A stretch of 64,000 bases of DNA from an uncultured cyanobacterium (lineage in GTDB: Bacteria > Cyanobacteriota > Cyanobacteriia > Phormidesmidales > Phormidesmidaceae): NCBI GenBank assembly GCA_963793265.1, contig CAWBZI010000001.1, positions 416,001 through 480,000 on the forward strand, written 5' to 3'. Shown here one piece after another: positions 1 through 10,480 of this stretch (positions within the stretch are counted from its first letter, which is position 1; every line of letters starts with the position of its first letter). The notes under the pieces are model-generated. The model had not been told where the DNA came from and did no database searches. It was given only the letters and a program-made list of their open reading frames with translations. Position numbers and translations under genes: made by a program.

Positions 1-794
1 AGCGCGATCTGTTCTATAGAAACGAGTACGGTACGCGAGTCGCCCTGCTGCGTTCTACAGTCGAGTTCTATACTGCTACAGGGTTTTCCTGCCGCGACTT
101 GCACTAGCGCTTTTTGATAGAGCACAGGCTCTTGCCATAAATTGAGTTCGGAGGTGGTTTTGCCGAGTACGTCCGGCTCTGAGTAGCCGGTTAGTCTTAA
201 AAAGCTGGGATTTACGGCAACGAAGGTATCGCTGCGTAGCCTGTTGATAATAATGGGACTGGGGCTGGCTAAGAAAGCCGTTTCGAAGGTTTCTTCAGCG
301 CGGCGACGTTCGTCAATCTCTCTTTGTAGTCGTAGGGTTTGGGCCTCTTGTTGCTGTTGCAGTCGGTGCAGGGTTAGGTGGGTCTGAATGCGAACGAGAA
401 CTTCTTCTATTTGGAAGGGTTTGGTGATGAAGTCTACGCCGCCGACGTTAAAGGCTTTGACTTTATCGACGACATCTCCTAAGGCGCTGATGAAAATGAC
501 GGGGATGTTGCGGGTGACCTCGTGGTGCTTTAGCCGCTGGCAAACTTCGTAGCCGTTGAGTTCGGGCATGTTGATGTCTAGCAAGATCAGGTCTGGGGGG
601 ACGGCGATCGCGCCTCTTAATCCCGTACTGCCTTTCGTCACGCTACGTACCTTATAGTTCCGTTCGCTCAGCATCGTAGAGAGCAGACGAAGATTTTCGG
701 GCGTGTCGTCAATCGCTAGAATATCGGCTCTAGCAGACTTGGCCGAAGGATCTTCTACGGATGTAGGCTCTGTTGTTGCTGTCGTTTCAGACAT
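1..794 (-). CDS. Response regulator receiver + PAS domain protein (partial, runs off window left edge)
   Basis: Manual translation from ATG at 794: MSETTAT...ILAIDDTPENL...PPDLILLDINMPELNGYEVC...IPVIFISALGD...GGVDFITKPF, then PAS-like FVAVNPSFLRLTGYSEPDVLGK. Overlaps the stop of the upstream kinase. Confidence 0.9.
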   Translation of the reverse strand, partial: MSETTATTEPTSVEDPSAKSARADILAIDDTPENLRLLSTMLSERNYKVRSVTKGSTGLRGAIAVPPDLILLDINMPELNGYEVCQRLKHHEVTRNIPVIFISALGDVVDKVKAFNVGGVDFITKPFQIEEVLVRIQTHLTLHRLQQQQEAQTLRLQREIDERRRAEETFETAFLASPSPIIINRLRSDTFVAVNPSFLRLTGYSEPDVLGKTTSELNLWQEPVLYQKALVQVAAGKPCSSIELDCRTQQGDSRTVLVSIEQIA

Positions 795-3267
795 AGGCTT
801 GGGTTAATTCGACAAGTTCGTCAAAGCAAAAGTTTTGAACCAGACGGGTCAGGGCCTCGGCTAAGGGTTGTTGTTCGGTGGGGATTTGGCTGATGAGCTG
901 GTGGAGAGCTTCGGCATCGACAGCGATCACAGCCTTTTGAAGCCGCTCAATCCAGTCCGATGGCATTGCGCTTATTCTATCGGGATCTAGCGTAGGCGCG
1001 ACCTGAACATCTGAAGTGGGGACAGCAGGCTCTTCTGAGAGCGAGTTCTCTGTCTCGCCATGTCGATAAACATAGTCTACGCCCAAGTACTCTGCCATTT
1101 TTTCAAAGATGGTGTGGGTTTGAAAAGGCTTGCGAACAAAGTCATCGCAGCCGCTATTGAGTGCATTTTTGCGCTCTTTCTCAAAGGCGCTGGCAGTGAT
1201 AGCGATAATTTTGACCCGGTTGGAGGCGATCGCCTTAATCTGCTTTGTGGTCTCGTAGCCATCCATGCCAGGCATTCTCACATCCATCCAAATGAGGTGC
1301 GGCTGCCAGCTTTTGTATTGGGCGATCGCCGCTTCTCCATTACTCACGGCTCGCACCTCAAATCCAACTTGAGATAGCAGCGCTACCATCAGTTGACGGG
1401 CAGATAGAATATCTTCTACGATCAAAATTCGATAGTTTGGCTGTCCTGACGCGAGACCGATAACCTCTCCTATCGGTAAGACAGGCAGCTCTTTCGGATT
1501 GGCAGGCTTCGCGCAAATGGAGAAGGTAAAGGTAGAGCCTTCATCAACCTGGCTTTGTACGTGAATGCTGCCACCCATCATTTCGACAAAGCGCTGACTA
1601 ATGGCAAGTCCTAAGCCAGTCCCTTGCTGCGTTGTCCTCGTACTAGACGCTTGAAAGAACGGATCGAATAGATGAGTTAATGCGTCCTCCTCTATGCCAA
1701 CGCCCGTATCTTCCACCGTGAATTTAATATTGAGCGAGTCTGTTTCTGTTTTATCAGCACCTTCATTCGCAATATAGAGCGTAACCTGGCCGGTTTGCGT
1801 AAACTTGATTGAGTTCCCAACTAAATTAACCAGTACCTGCCTCAGCTTCACCTCATCTGTTTTAATAAACTGCGGCACATCATCTTCTAAGCGAACATAG
1901 AGCTGTATCGCTTTGGACTCTGCTCGCATTCTGAGCATCTCTTCTAGCGTTAATAGCATCTGGCGCAGGTCAAAGCAGACGGGGGCAAACGAGGTGCGTC
2001 CGGCCTCAATCTTCGACATTGAAAGCACGTCGTTGATGAGATTTAGGAGATGCTCGCCGCTGCGGCTGACGATGCCTAAATAGTCGTGATGGGGTGAATA
2101 GCGATCGCTATCGCGCTGTATCAACTGCGTAAATCCTAAAATCGCGTTGAGCGGCGTTCGCAGTTCGTGGCTCATATTGGCTAAAAAGTCGCTCTTGGCC
2201 TGATTCGCCGCATTTGCCTCTGCGGCTGAAACTTCTAGCTGTTTACTATAGCTTTCGATTTGTTTGCGAGAGCGGCTAAGCTGGCGGGCTAATCGGCCAA
2301 CGCCTAAGAGCAGAATGCCTGCTGCGCCTAGTCCGACCAGGACAATGGTTGTGGCTAAATTTCGGGCAGGGCCAAAGGCTTCCGTCTCGCTCATTTCGGC
2401 CAGCAGCGCGATGTCTTGTCCATCGAGCCAGCGATAGACGCCAATCACGGGTTCACCGGCATAGTTGTTGTAGATACCCTGGTCGTCTAGTCCGTTAAAC
2501 GCGGCAGTAATGCCTTCGCTCTGCGGGCCTTCTGACAAGTCCAGAGCAGTATCGCGTTGAGACAAGAAAGCTTTCCGGTTCGACAGGGAACCGACTAAAT
2601 AAGTCTCTCCTGTTTTGTCTGGGCCGGTTCTCTCGGAGACAATATCGTCAATGCGCTTGAGATTTAAGGTGGCTAAGAGCGTTCCCTGTCGGTTGCCCTG
2701 GTCATCGTAGATTTTAGTGGCGTAGGTGATGGCGGGTCTCCCTGTCTTAGGAGAGAGGTAAAAGTTTGGCGAGAAGTCTTCGCCTTTAATAACGCTGCTC
2801 AGCTCGGTCAGGTTGGAAGACATTTCATATTTGCCTTCTCTGCCGGGGTCAGTAGAGAGAACAATTTGGTTTGCTTTGTTTTGAATCGAGATCTCAGTGA
2901 ACTTTGGTTTGGTCTCTTGAACGCCTGCTAAGTATTCTGAGAGTCTTTGGTCTGCGCCTTGTAGTGTCTGCTCGTCGGTAGATTTAGAGAGCAGCGCCTG
3001 CATATCGCGAGTTACCGTAGGGAACTGAGCAATCAGCAAGAAGTCTTCTTCGCAGGATTCTAGCCAGCGCACAATCTCTTTTTGCTTTAGCGTGGCTGTC
3101 ATACTCAGGCGGTCGTATGCAGCGTCTTTTAGCGCGATGCGACCGCAGATGTAGGCGACTGCGCCCACCATGGAGACTGTCAGGAGGGCAAGGCCTAGAA
3201 AAGAGCGAGCAACGCGGCGCGTGAAGCCGGATGACGGTTGACTAGCGATCGCCGATGATTTGCTCAT
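787..3267 (-). CDS. Hybrid sensor histidine kinase (TM-Cache-TM-HisKA-HATPase-REC)
   Basis: H-box FLANMSHELRTPLN, N-box NLVGNSIKFT, G boxes DTGVGI/GTGLGL, C-terminal REC (LIWMDVRMPGMDG); two hydrophobic segments flank a Cache-like domain. Confidence 0.93.
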   Translation of the reverse strand: MSKSSAIASQPSSGFTRRVARSFLGLALLTVSMVGAVAYICGRIALKDAAYDRLSMTATLKQKEIVRWLESCEEDFLLIAQFPTVTRDMQALLSKSTDEQTLQGADQRLSEYLAGVQETKPKFTEISIQNKANQIVLSTDPGREGKYEMSSNLTELSSVIKGEDFSPNFYLSPKTGRPAITYATKIYDDQGNRQGTLLATLNLKRIDDIVSERTGPDKTGETYLVGSLSNRKAFLSQRDTALDLSEGPQSEGITAAFNGLDDQGIYNNYAGEPVIGVYRWLDGQDIALLAEMSETEAFGPARNLATTIVLVGLGAAGILLLGVGRLARQLSRSRKQIESYSKQLEVSAAEANAANQAKSDFLANMSHELRTPLNAILGFTQLIQRDSDRYSPHHDYLGIVSRSGEHLLNLINDVLSMSKIEAGRTSFAPVCFDLRQMLLTLEEMLRMRAESKAIQLYVRLEDDVPQFIKTDEVKLRQVLVNLVGNSIKFTQTGQVTLYIANEGADKTETDSLNIKFTVEDTGVGIEEDALTHLFDPFFQASSTRTTQQGTGLGLAISQRFVEMMGGSIHVQSQVDEGSTFTFSICAKPANPKELPVLPIGEVIGLASGQPNYRILIVEDILSARQLMVALLSQVGFEVRAVSNGEAAIAQYKSWQPHLIWMDVRMPGMDGYETTKQIKAIASNRVKIIAITASAFEKERKNALNSGCDDFVRKPFQTHTIFEKMAEYLGVDYVYRHGETENSLSEEPAVPTSDVQVAPTLDPDRISAMPSDWIERLQKAVIAVDAEALHQLISQIPTEQQPLAEALTRLVQNFCFDELVELTQAYV

Positions 3268-4678
3268 GACTGCTCGCGGAAAATAGTTTTGATTTGGACG
3301 ATCGCCTCATCTGCTGCGTCCTCAGCACTCATCCCCTCAGTCACCATGCGATGAATCACATCGCCCCACACGTTCTGTTCCATCACCTCGCCGTAGTCCG
3401 GATCGAACACGTTTTGAAAAGGCTGAATCTGTCCATCCGTGACTGTTTTTACCACCGTAGAGACGTGAGGGTCTGCTGAGTTTTGCCAGAAGTCATCCGC
3501 TTCTATTTGGCTGATGGCAGGCGGCATATACCGTCCGTAAGAAGTTTCTAGAAAGTCGCTGAGTACTTCAGGCTGCGTGAGATAGGCGAGAAAGTCCTTA
3601 GCTGCCTGCAGGTTCGGCGCATCGTTAAACACCACGGCCTGGCGGATGCTGACAAAGTGGGGTAGCGGCTCGCCGTTCAGCTTGTTTGGAAACTCGACCG
3701 TGCCCAGTTTCTTCAAATAGATGTCATCGTCGTTACGGACGGCAGCAGGAATAGAGAGTGTTGGATTTGGCGTCATCACTACATTGCGATCTAGCAAGTT
3801 CCGATTGTTCTCTGGGTCTAACCAATTTGCTGCATCTTCGGGCACGTAGCCCTCTTCGTAGAACTGTACGTACCAGCGCAAGGCTTCTACGATACCTGCC
3901 CGAACTTCAGGAGATTGCCAACGAACAGCTTGCCCTGCTCGTCTATAAGGACGACATCGCGAGCAGACAGCACATGCTCAAAAACATGGTACGTATCCAG
4001 GGCATCTACCGAGTAGGGCAAGCCAATGCTACGCAAGTCTGGATAGGTTTCGCTCAGGTTGTCTTGAACCGTTTTCCAAAACGCCCAGAAGGCATCCCAT
4101 TCGGTCGGGATATCCGCTGGACTGTATCCAGCTTCTTTCAAAAGATCTTTCCAGTAGTAGATATGAGTCGTCGACTGGGTGAGCGGCACTGCGTAGTAGC
4201 GATCTTTTGCTCTTTGGCTGCCGTAGATTTTCGCTGATTGTAGCGCGGTTTTGGTGTAGCTATCGGCCAGTGGCATGACGACATCCGTCACATCGGCAAA
4301 CTTTCCGTCCCATTCTGAAACTGGATAGACCGACTTGGCGGCAAAGAGAATATCAGGCATGGTGCCTGCTTTGCTAGATCTGAGCGTTTTAGGCGCAATC
4401 TCACCAGAATTATAAAAAGAAAGATCGATGGAAACACCGCTTTGGGCTTCCCAATCACTCACGACTTTTTGAATGGCTTCGTCCTCTTCGGTGACGTAGC
4501 CTTTGTCCCACAGAATCGTGAGAGACTTCGAGGCTGCGCTCGGCTCGGCTGACTTTTTTGCACTGGTTGGCACGCTTGCCTGAGGATTAGTGGAACAGGC
4601 TACTATCAACAGCACTAGGAAAGACATCAGACTGTAGCGACTATTCTTAAAGTATCTTGTCAAAAGTACTTTCACCAT
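3264..4678 (-). pseudogene. Carbohydrate-type ABC solute-binding lipoprotein split by a frameshift at ~3912-3913
   Basis: ORFs 3887-4678 (lipobox LIVAC) and 3264-3881 are N- and C-halves of one SBP. Removing 2 nt (GGC AAT [CT] CCT GAA) gives the continuous reading GKLFVGNPEVRAGIVEALRWYVQF. Could be a sequencing error. Confidence 0.8.
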
Positions 4679-4827
4679 CTTCGGAGCGTCGCAGCTGAAA
4701 AATGACCGATCTGTACCGAAAGTATACCGAATGGTTTTCGTTTTCTGCGGATCTAAACATCTCGTCTATATTCGCCCGATCGCTCGAACTGGTAACGTAG
4801 CTATTAGAAAGTCATGCTATGTAGGGC

Positions 4828-6876
4828 TTATTCAAGGGTCGCATCCATGGCTGCATATGCGCCTTGGTACAAGGCTTTCAAAGTATTTTCCTGTTTAGAT
4901 GAGCTGGTTATACCTACTGCATATTGGGCTTGAAACCGCTCCTTCAAGCTAGGGCAATCTGCGTTAGCTGATGATGGAAATATGCGCTGTCGGAACGTTT
5001 TAAGTAAGGGCGCGATCGCCTCTTTAGCCGCTTGCCCTGAAGTGCCCGAAAATCCAATAACAAAGTCACCACTACCCCAGTAGCTGGCGATCGCCTGCCA
5101 TGCTCTAGAACGATTAACGTCCTCCTGCCAAAGTCGAATATCGTTCCCCCAAACGCTGAGTACCTCGTGTCCTACAGCATGTCCGTAATCTAAGTTAATC
5201 TGACCTAAGTTCTCTAGCCGAACAAGTACAAAAGTATAGGGTGTTTCCTTCGTTCTAAGTGCTTGGAACCTTTGTTGAAACTGAGTCTGATTCGCTAATC
5301 CTGTTTGGCTATCTCGGCTAGAGAGCGTTTTTAGCAGGCGAGCGCGTTCTAGTCGATTAGAAATACGAGTAATTAGCTCTGGGCCGACTACAGGCTTTAC
5401 GACATAGTCGTCTGCGCCCGCCGCAAACACTGCGCTAGCTGCGTTTTGCCGACTGGTTAAGAACAGAATGGGTAAGCTTTGCCAGCGATCGTCCTCGCGA
5501 GTTTCGCTGCGAATTTCCTGACAAAGCTCAATTCCGTTGATGTCTGGCATCTCAATATCCAGAATGAGTAGCTCTGGCTGCGAGCTTGCTAGCGTTGGCC
5601 AAAACTGTTTTGGATCGCTCAGCGTTGTGACCGACAGGCCCCAGGGTTCTAGCATTGGCGGTAAGGTACTCAGAAAAGCTGGATCGTCATCTACGGCAAG
5701 GATGACTGTTTTTTCTGAGCTTTTCTGAACAGTTGCAGAAATAATTGTCTTGGTAGGTTGTGGATCCTTAAGGCTCAAAATTCCCTTTAGCCGATCTACT
5801 AAAGGGGAAATAGAGTCGGGCGCTAGCGTGGCTTTCTCATTCAGTAGACAGTCTTCTAAGGTTCTTGCAATTTGCGTGCCTGCTTCTTTCCCAAACATGC
5901 CAAGGACACCTGCAAGCTTGTGCGCTGCCTTGGCGGCAGACTGACGCGTCTGGATGGTTAGGTTGCCTTGTTGAAGGGTGGCTTCTGCTTTCTGGATTTG
6001 GATAAGGCGATCGCGTATCGTCTCTTGATGCTGCGCCCACAGGTCTGCCATAGCCTGGTCAAACTGCTGCTCTACAGACGTTGCAGTCTCAGTTTCTCTA
6101 GTCTCCTGCGCAGGCGTTATAGAACTGCTGTCAGACTTCTTTTCTGCTTGAATATCTACCCGCTTCAGGTTGTCTTGGGACTTTGCGGCTAGTACCCCAT
6201 AGTCAATCTTTGGACTTAGCTTGTATCCTAGTCCATACACATTCTCAATCCAACCGTCTGCACCTGCTTTTTTAAGGCGTCGTCGCAGTCCCTTTATATG
6301 GGCTTTCACACTGTCTTCTAAAGGTGGATCGTCAAATGTCCAGAGATGTTCAATAATTTGCCCGCGACTAAATACGCGAGTTGGATTGCGTAAAAACAGC
6401 TCTAACAAACTGTATTCCTTCGGCGTTAGCTTTAGCGGTTTATCCGCATAGGTCACCTCACAGCTGGCTGGATCTAACCGTAGCTGACCAATCTCTAATA
6501 GGATGGAAGGCAAGACCTCGCCGCGACGCAGCAACGCCCGCAGCCGAGCCTGAAGCTCGCCAATGTCCAGTGGCTTCGTCAAATAATCGTCAGCGCCTGC
6601 ATCTAAGCCGCGAATCTTCTCGTCGGGCACATCTTTCGCTGTCATTAGCAGAATAGGTGTTGCATTCCCACAATTACGCAGCTCTTTGCAGAGGCTAATA
6701 CCATCTAGGCGAGGCAGTCCTACGTCTATCAGCAGTAAATCGTAAGTGCCTTCTTCTGCATACTCTAGTCCAAACCGTCCGTCTGCCACCGTATCGACGG
6801 AATAACGCTGTTTCTGAAGTGCGTCTACTAATACATCTGTCAAAACTTCGTCGTCTTCAATCAACAGAATTCGCAT
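4828..6876 (-). CDS. Multidomain response regulator (REC-OmpR wHTH-Hpt-REC-degenerate GGDEF)
   Basis: MRILLIEDD REC; LTPKEYSLLELF...IENVYGLGY wHTH; AAHKLAGVLGMFG Hpt; second REC; GGDEF-like domain with WGSGDF in place of GGDEF. Confidence 0.9.
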   Translation of the reverse strand: MRILLIEDDEVLTDVLVDALQKQRYSVDTVADGRFGLEYAEEGTYDLLLIDVGLPRLDGISLCKELRNCGNATPILLMTAKDVPDEKIRGLDAGADDYLTKPLDIGELQARLRALLRRGEVLPSILLEIGQLRLDPASCEVTYADKPLKLTPKEYSLLELFLRNPTRVFSRGQIIEHLWTFDDPPLEDSVKAHIKGLRRRLKKAGADGWIENVYGLGYKLSPKIDYGVLAAKSQDNLKRVDIQAEKKSDSSSITPAQETRETETATSVEQQFDQAMADLWAQHQETIRDRLIQIQKAEATLQQGNLTIQTRQSAAKAAHKLAGVLGMFGKEAGTQIARTLEDCLLNEKATLAPDSISPLVDRLKGILSLKDPQPTKTIISATVQKSSEKTVILAVDDDPAFLSTLPPMLEPWGLSVTTLSDPKQFWPTLASSQPELLILDIEMPDINGIELCQEIRSETREDDRWQSLPILFLTSRQNAASAVFAAGADDYVVKPVVGPELITRISNRLERARLLKTLSSRDSQTGLANQTQFQQRFQALRTKETPYTFVLVRLENLGQINLDYGHAVGHEVLSVWGNDIRLWQEDVNRSRAWQAIASYWGSGDFVIGFSGTSGQAAKEAIAPLLKTFRQRIFPSSANADCPSLKERFQAQYAVGITSSSKQENTLKALYQGAYAAMDATLE

Positions 6877-7061
6877 TGCCTTACGTCCTCTAATCCCTCT
6901 CAACTATCCTTCGATAACCTCTTTAACTATTAGCAGCATCTTGTCTCAATCGAGTATTTTTTTGTTCCCGACTTCTTCTCTATAGGCTTTTATATTCAAA
7001 GTGTGGAGCGAAAGAAAACGGCGAAGCGCTTTTGCATGAAGAGTCATACGCTTCTCAAAAA

Positions 7062-7414
7062 CAGTCTTTCGGTGAAGATACGGCGATAGCAGTCGTTATT
7101 CAAACAAAAAAATTGCCGACCTGAACGACGAAAGTCAGATTGAAGTCTTTGCAGGGTAGGTCTGCTAGCGTTCGTTCGTAGCGGCTAGGGACACACTGCG
7201 TTGTTTGACCACATGTCGGGTAAGGGACAGTAGTTGGATTAGAAGAAAGATGCATGACGAAGTACGCTGCTGACTCGTCTATCTCATAGTTATTTAGATG
7301 GAGAAAGTTGACTCTGGTTAGGAGGCGTTCTAGAAGTCGCGTAGCTAACTACCAAAGCGGTTGCTCCTTCTAGTCTCTACCTCTTTTACCAATCGCCAAA
7401 AGTTGGGAAGACCC
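7062..7414 (-). mobile_element. ISL3-family insertion sequence relic (left end + degraded N-terminal zinc-finger of transposase)
   Basis: Minus strand translates to PTCGQTTQCVPSRYERTLADLPC...VQVGNFF/CLNNDCYRRIFTERL (ISL3 zinc-finger signature), with a 1-nt frameshift in the A7 run at 7106-7112. Putative left IR GGGTCTTCCCAACTTTTGGCGA at 7393-7414. Confidence 0.8.
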
Positions 7415-7804
7415 CCATGTGGTTGACATCTGACAAGCGTCAGCGGAGCAGGGTTCTTATGGGGTGTGAGAACGTCAAGACCAAACTCTCTCAGTGAGAC
7501 AAATCTGCGTTCATGCTCATCGACCTAGATAGGCCCAATGTCCTTCAATCAATACGCCCATAAAGAGCAGCTAAGTGAAAAACATTAACTCTACCTATAG
7601 CCATACTCAACCATGCTAAGAGCTTCAGAGATCGCTTTGTCCTTAGCACTGACTCCTTACCTCATAACGAACCCCAAAAAGACTGAAAACAGTGCCTGAA
7701 TGAGTAGAAATACTTACAAAAGTTGCCTTGAAAGCAATTTCATAATACAACCCTTGCAAAGTCTGAAAACCTTTCAGGAAAGGAGATACATTGAATTATT
7801 AGAA

Positions 7805-7877
7805 AGCTGGTGATCCGACTCGAACGGACGACCGGCTGATTACAAATCAGCTGCTCTACCAACTGAGCTACACCAGC
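7805..7877 (-). tRNA. trnT: tRNA-Thr(UGU)
   Basis: GCTGGTGTAGCTCAGTTGGTAGAGCAGCTGATT-TGT-AATCAGCCGGTCGTCCGTTCGAGTCGGATCACCAGCT folds as a canonical cloverleaf; CCA not encoded. Confidence 0.97.
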
Positions 7878-8038
7878 GTTGTGTTTAACCCTCTAATAGC
7901 TGACCAGTCAAAGGCCGGCTGCTTATCTGAGGAATTTGATTATATCAGAGGTTGCAGACACTTGGGAAAAAGAATTTGCGGCGTAGATCGCAAAGCAGAT
8001 CGCCTACAGATCTACGCCCCTAAAAGCAAGGGCAGGCC

Positions 8039-8686
8039 CTACGCCTTATTATTCTCTACCGCCCACCGCGCCAGCTCTGTGCGGTTGTGCAATCCGGTTT
8101 TGCCCAGCATATTGCTTACATGGCTCTCAATCGTCCGCTGGCTCACCTTCAGCTCCTCGGCAATCTGGCGGTTTGCCATGCCCCGAGCCACAAACTGCAC
8201 CACCTTCAGCTCAGTCGGCGTTAGCTCCACATCAAACGGCACCTGAATGGTGGGAATGGAGTTTGGCCCTTTGTTTTGATGATGAATTAGGCGAGTTGCC
8301 TGCTTTAGCGATGACTCCACCTGAGCAACCAGTTCTTCTGGCTCAAACGGCTTCACCATATACACATCAGCCCCAGTCGTAAGGCCCTTTACGCGATCCT
8401 GGCTCTGGCCTTTGGCCGAGAGGAAAAGGATCGGAATCCAGCTCTTGCCCGGATCCTGGCGAACCTGCTCTACAAACGCGTAGCCGTCCATCTCGGGCAT
8501 CATCACGTCGCAAATAATCATGTCGGGAGACAAATCGGTGAGCGCAGCAAGTGCCTCTCGACCATTGCCCGCTGTGACCACCTGATAGCCTCGGAACTCT
8601 AGATAGTCTTTTACTAGCAGGATGAGATTGGGGTCATCATCAATGAGTAAGAGCTTCTTCTGTTCCCCTGTATTACCTTCTTTCAT
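8039..8686 (-). CDS. NarL/LuxR-family response regulator (Ycf29/Rre1-like)
   Basis: REC (LLLIDDDPNLILLVKDYLEFRGY) plus LuxR HTH (LTPTELKVVQFVARGMANRQIAEEL...TIESHVSNML). Start placed at MKEGN. Confidence 0.92.
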   Translation of the reverse strand: MKEGNTGEQKKLLLIDDDPNLILLVKDYLEFRGYQVVTAGNGREALAALTDLSPDMIICDVMMPEMDGYAFVEQVRQDPGKSWIPILFLSAKGQSQDRVKGLTTGADVYMVKPFEPEELVAQVESSLKQATRLIHHQNKGPNSIPTIQVPFDVELTPTELKVVQFVARGMANRQIAEELKVSQRTIESHVSNMLGKTGLHNRTELARWAVENNKA

Positions 8687-8994
8687 GCCGTATGTTCGCT
8701 CGCAAATGTCTAGCGGGAAAATCTTTGTACTAAATAGATAGAAATCAGTCGCTTTCTCGTGTGCGCTCACTGGTTACCCTACGGTAAAGATACGTAAAGA
8801 CAACGTTGAATCAGGTAGCTGCAAGAGAAATTGACGTAATTGGCCGTTAACCGACACCTAAAATGATGCAACCTTCATCAAACCAGATGGATTTGATAGA
8901 AGCTTACGCTAGGGATGAATACCGATTGACATATCAAGTATTCCCAAAATATCAATAACATCACCCACTCTATATGGAGGTACGTAAGTAAGCG

Positions 8995-9405
8995 TTAATC
9001 GGTTGCCTTGGGTAGGGGATGCTGCAAAAACATATAGTCTGAGACAACTTTTCCTCCGATCAAATGCTCCTGAATAATGCGTTCTATAACCTCAGGCGTG
9101 GCGCTGTGATACCAAACACCGTCCGGGTAAACCAGTAGAATTGGCCCTTTTTGACAAACGCGAAGGCAGTTGGCCTTTGTCCTAAAAATAAAGGTCGAGC
9201 GCTCTTTGACAGGAATATCTAACTTCAACGTTTTTAAGCGCTTCTTTAGATAGTTCCAGGCCGCTAAGCTCTGTGCTTTATCACAGCATTTTGGGACGGT
9301 TTGATCGGCACAAATAAAAACATGTCTCTGTATATCAGCTAAAGAAAGCGCAGTGACGCTCTTTTGGAGAGCGCTTACATTTGGTTCAAACTGATCAGAT
9401 GACAT
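8995..9405 (-). CDS. Thioredoxin-like [2Fe-2S] ferredoxin
   Basis: [14 protein letters not shown]...[23 protein letters not shown] motif. Confidence 0.88.
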   Translation of the reverse strand: MSSDQFEPNVSALQKSVTALSLADIQRHVFICADQTVPKCCDKAQSLAAWNYLKKRLKTLKLDIPVKERSTFIFRTKANCLRVCQKGPILLVYPDGVWYHSATPEVIERIIQEHLIGGKVVSDYMFLQHPLPKATD

Positions 9406-9527
9406 ATCAATTGCACTAGGTAGACATTAAAGAGCAAACCTTTACGTACAATCAATGATCGCTATCACAGTACGTAGGTATCAAATAATACCGATTGGCT
9501 AGCTGTAAAACTACGGGAGGACTTCAC

Positions 9528-10370
9528 ATGATTGCACTGCTAAGTGACTTTGGCTATCAGGATGCCTATGTGGCCGTGATGAAGGGCGTTATCGCTACGA
9601 TTGCGCCGACTGTAGCCATGTGTGATCTGGGGCACGATATACCGCCACAGAATATTCTAGCGGCTAGATTCAATTTAATGATGGCTTATCCTTATTTTCC
9701 GGGTGGCACAGTGTTTCTAACAGTCGTTGATCCGGGTGTGGGCTCGGCGCGTCGGGCGATCGCACTCAAATTCAACAACCAGTTCTTCGTCGGCCCAGAC
9801 AATGGTCTATTCGGTGGTCTACTCAGCGGTGCGATCGCTCACCCGGCTAAAATTACAGCCGTCGAGCTAACCAATCCCCGCTACTGGCGAGCCCCACAGC
9901 CGAGCGCGACCTTCCACGGACGAGATATCTTTGCCCCAGCAGCAGCTCACCTGGCAATGGGCGTAAGTCTTTATGAGCTGGGCGATCGCATCGATCCGTC
10001 TACTCTAGTCCAGTTTGACTTACCGCCTTTCCAACCCTCTCCTCCGCTATCTACTCAGTCCTCAGCTACAAATCCGGTGCTTGCAACGGGTAGCGTTCAA
10101 TATATAGATGGATTTGGCAACATCATCACGAATATTCCATCACAAGCGGCACCCTTTGAAGCCTGGCAAATAGAGATCGAATCTCACCGCTTTCTCAGTA
10201 TAAAAACTTACAGCGAAGTGCCCGCCGGAAGCATGGCTGCTCTAATCGGTTCACACGGTTGGATAGAAGCTGTCTGTTGCAACGGCAGTGCAGCAGCAAT
10301 GCTGGCCCAGATAGATGATATTGCTGTCGGTACCCCTGTTCAGCTAAGCCTTTGCGACGCTTTGCTCTAA
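9528..10370 (+). CDS. SAM hydroxide adenosyltransferase (DUF62 / SAM-dependent chlorinase-fluorinase family)
   Basis: LLSDFG..D.YV, VVDPGVGS.R, GPDNG, SATFHGRDIFAP, YIDGFGN motifs; GGAGG upstream of the ATG. Confidence 0.9.
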   Translation: MIALLSDFGYQDAYVAVMKGVIATIAPTVAMCDLGHDIPPQNILAARFNLMMAYPYFPGGTVFLTVVDPGVGSARRAIALKFNNQFFVGPDNGLFGGLLSGAIAHPAKITAVELTNPRYWRAPQPSATFHGRDIFAPAAAHLAMGVSLYELGDRIDPSTLVQFDLPPFQPSPPLSTQSSATNPVLATGSVQYIDGFGNIITNIPSQAAPFEAWQIEIESHRFLSIKTYSEVPAGSMAALIGSHGWIEAVCCNGSAAAMLAQIDDIAVGTPVQLSLCDALL

Positions 10371-10480
10371 GTTCAGTACATTCGCGGAGAGGGTTCTTCC
10401 GGACTCGAATGTCCGTTAAAGAATACGTCAATAGCGGTTAAAGCAATCGCTTGCCATCTTCTCTACATGTTCTAAAACTT

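Noticed and set aside
7420..7800. Further IS end or small ORFs between the ISL3 relic and the tRNA
   Set aside because: Only very short ORFs without recognisable motifs; nothing I can support.
1..7804. Integrative island at the tRNA-Thr 3' end
   Set aside because: No integrase or duplicated tRNA 3' end in the window, and the genes are HIP1-rich like the host; only an IS relic is supported.
7881..8246. 121-aa plus-strand ORF and the many other short overlapping ORFs in the track
   Set aside because: Antisense or alternate-frame shadows of well-supported genes.
9528..10370. True SAM-dependent chlorinase/fluorinase in a natural-product cluster
   Set aside because: Housekeeping context and a retained TFHGRD motif fit the widespread DUF62 hydrolase.
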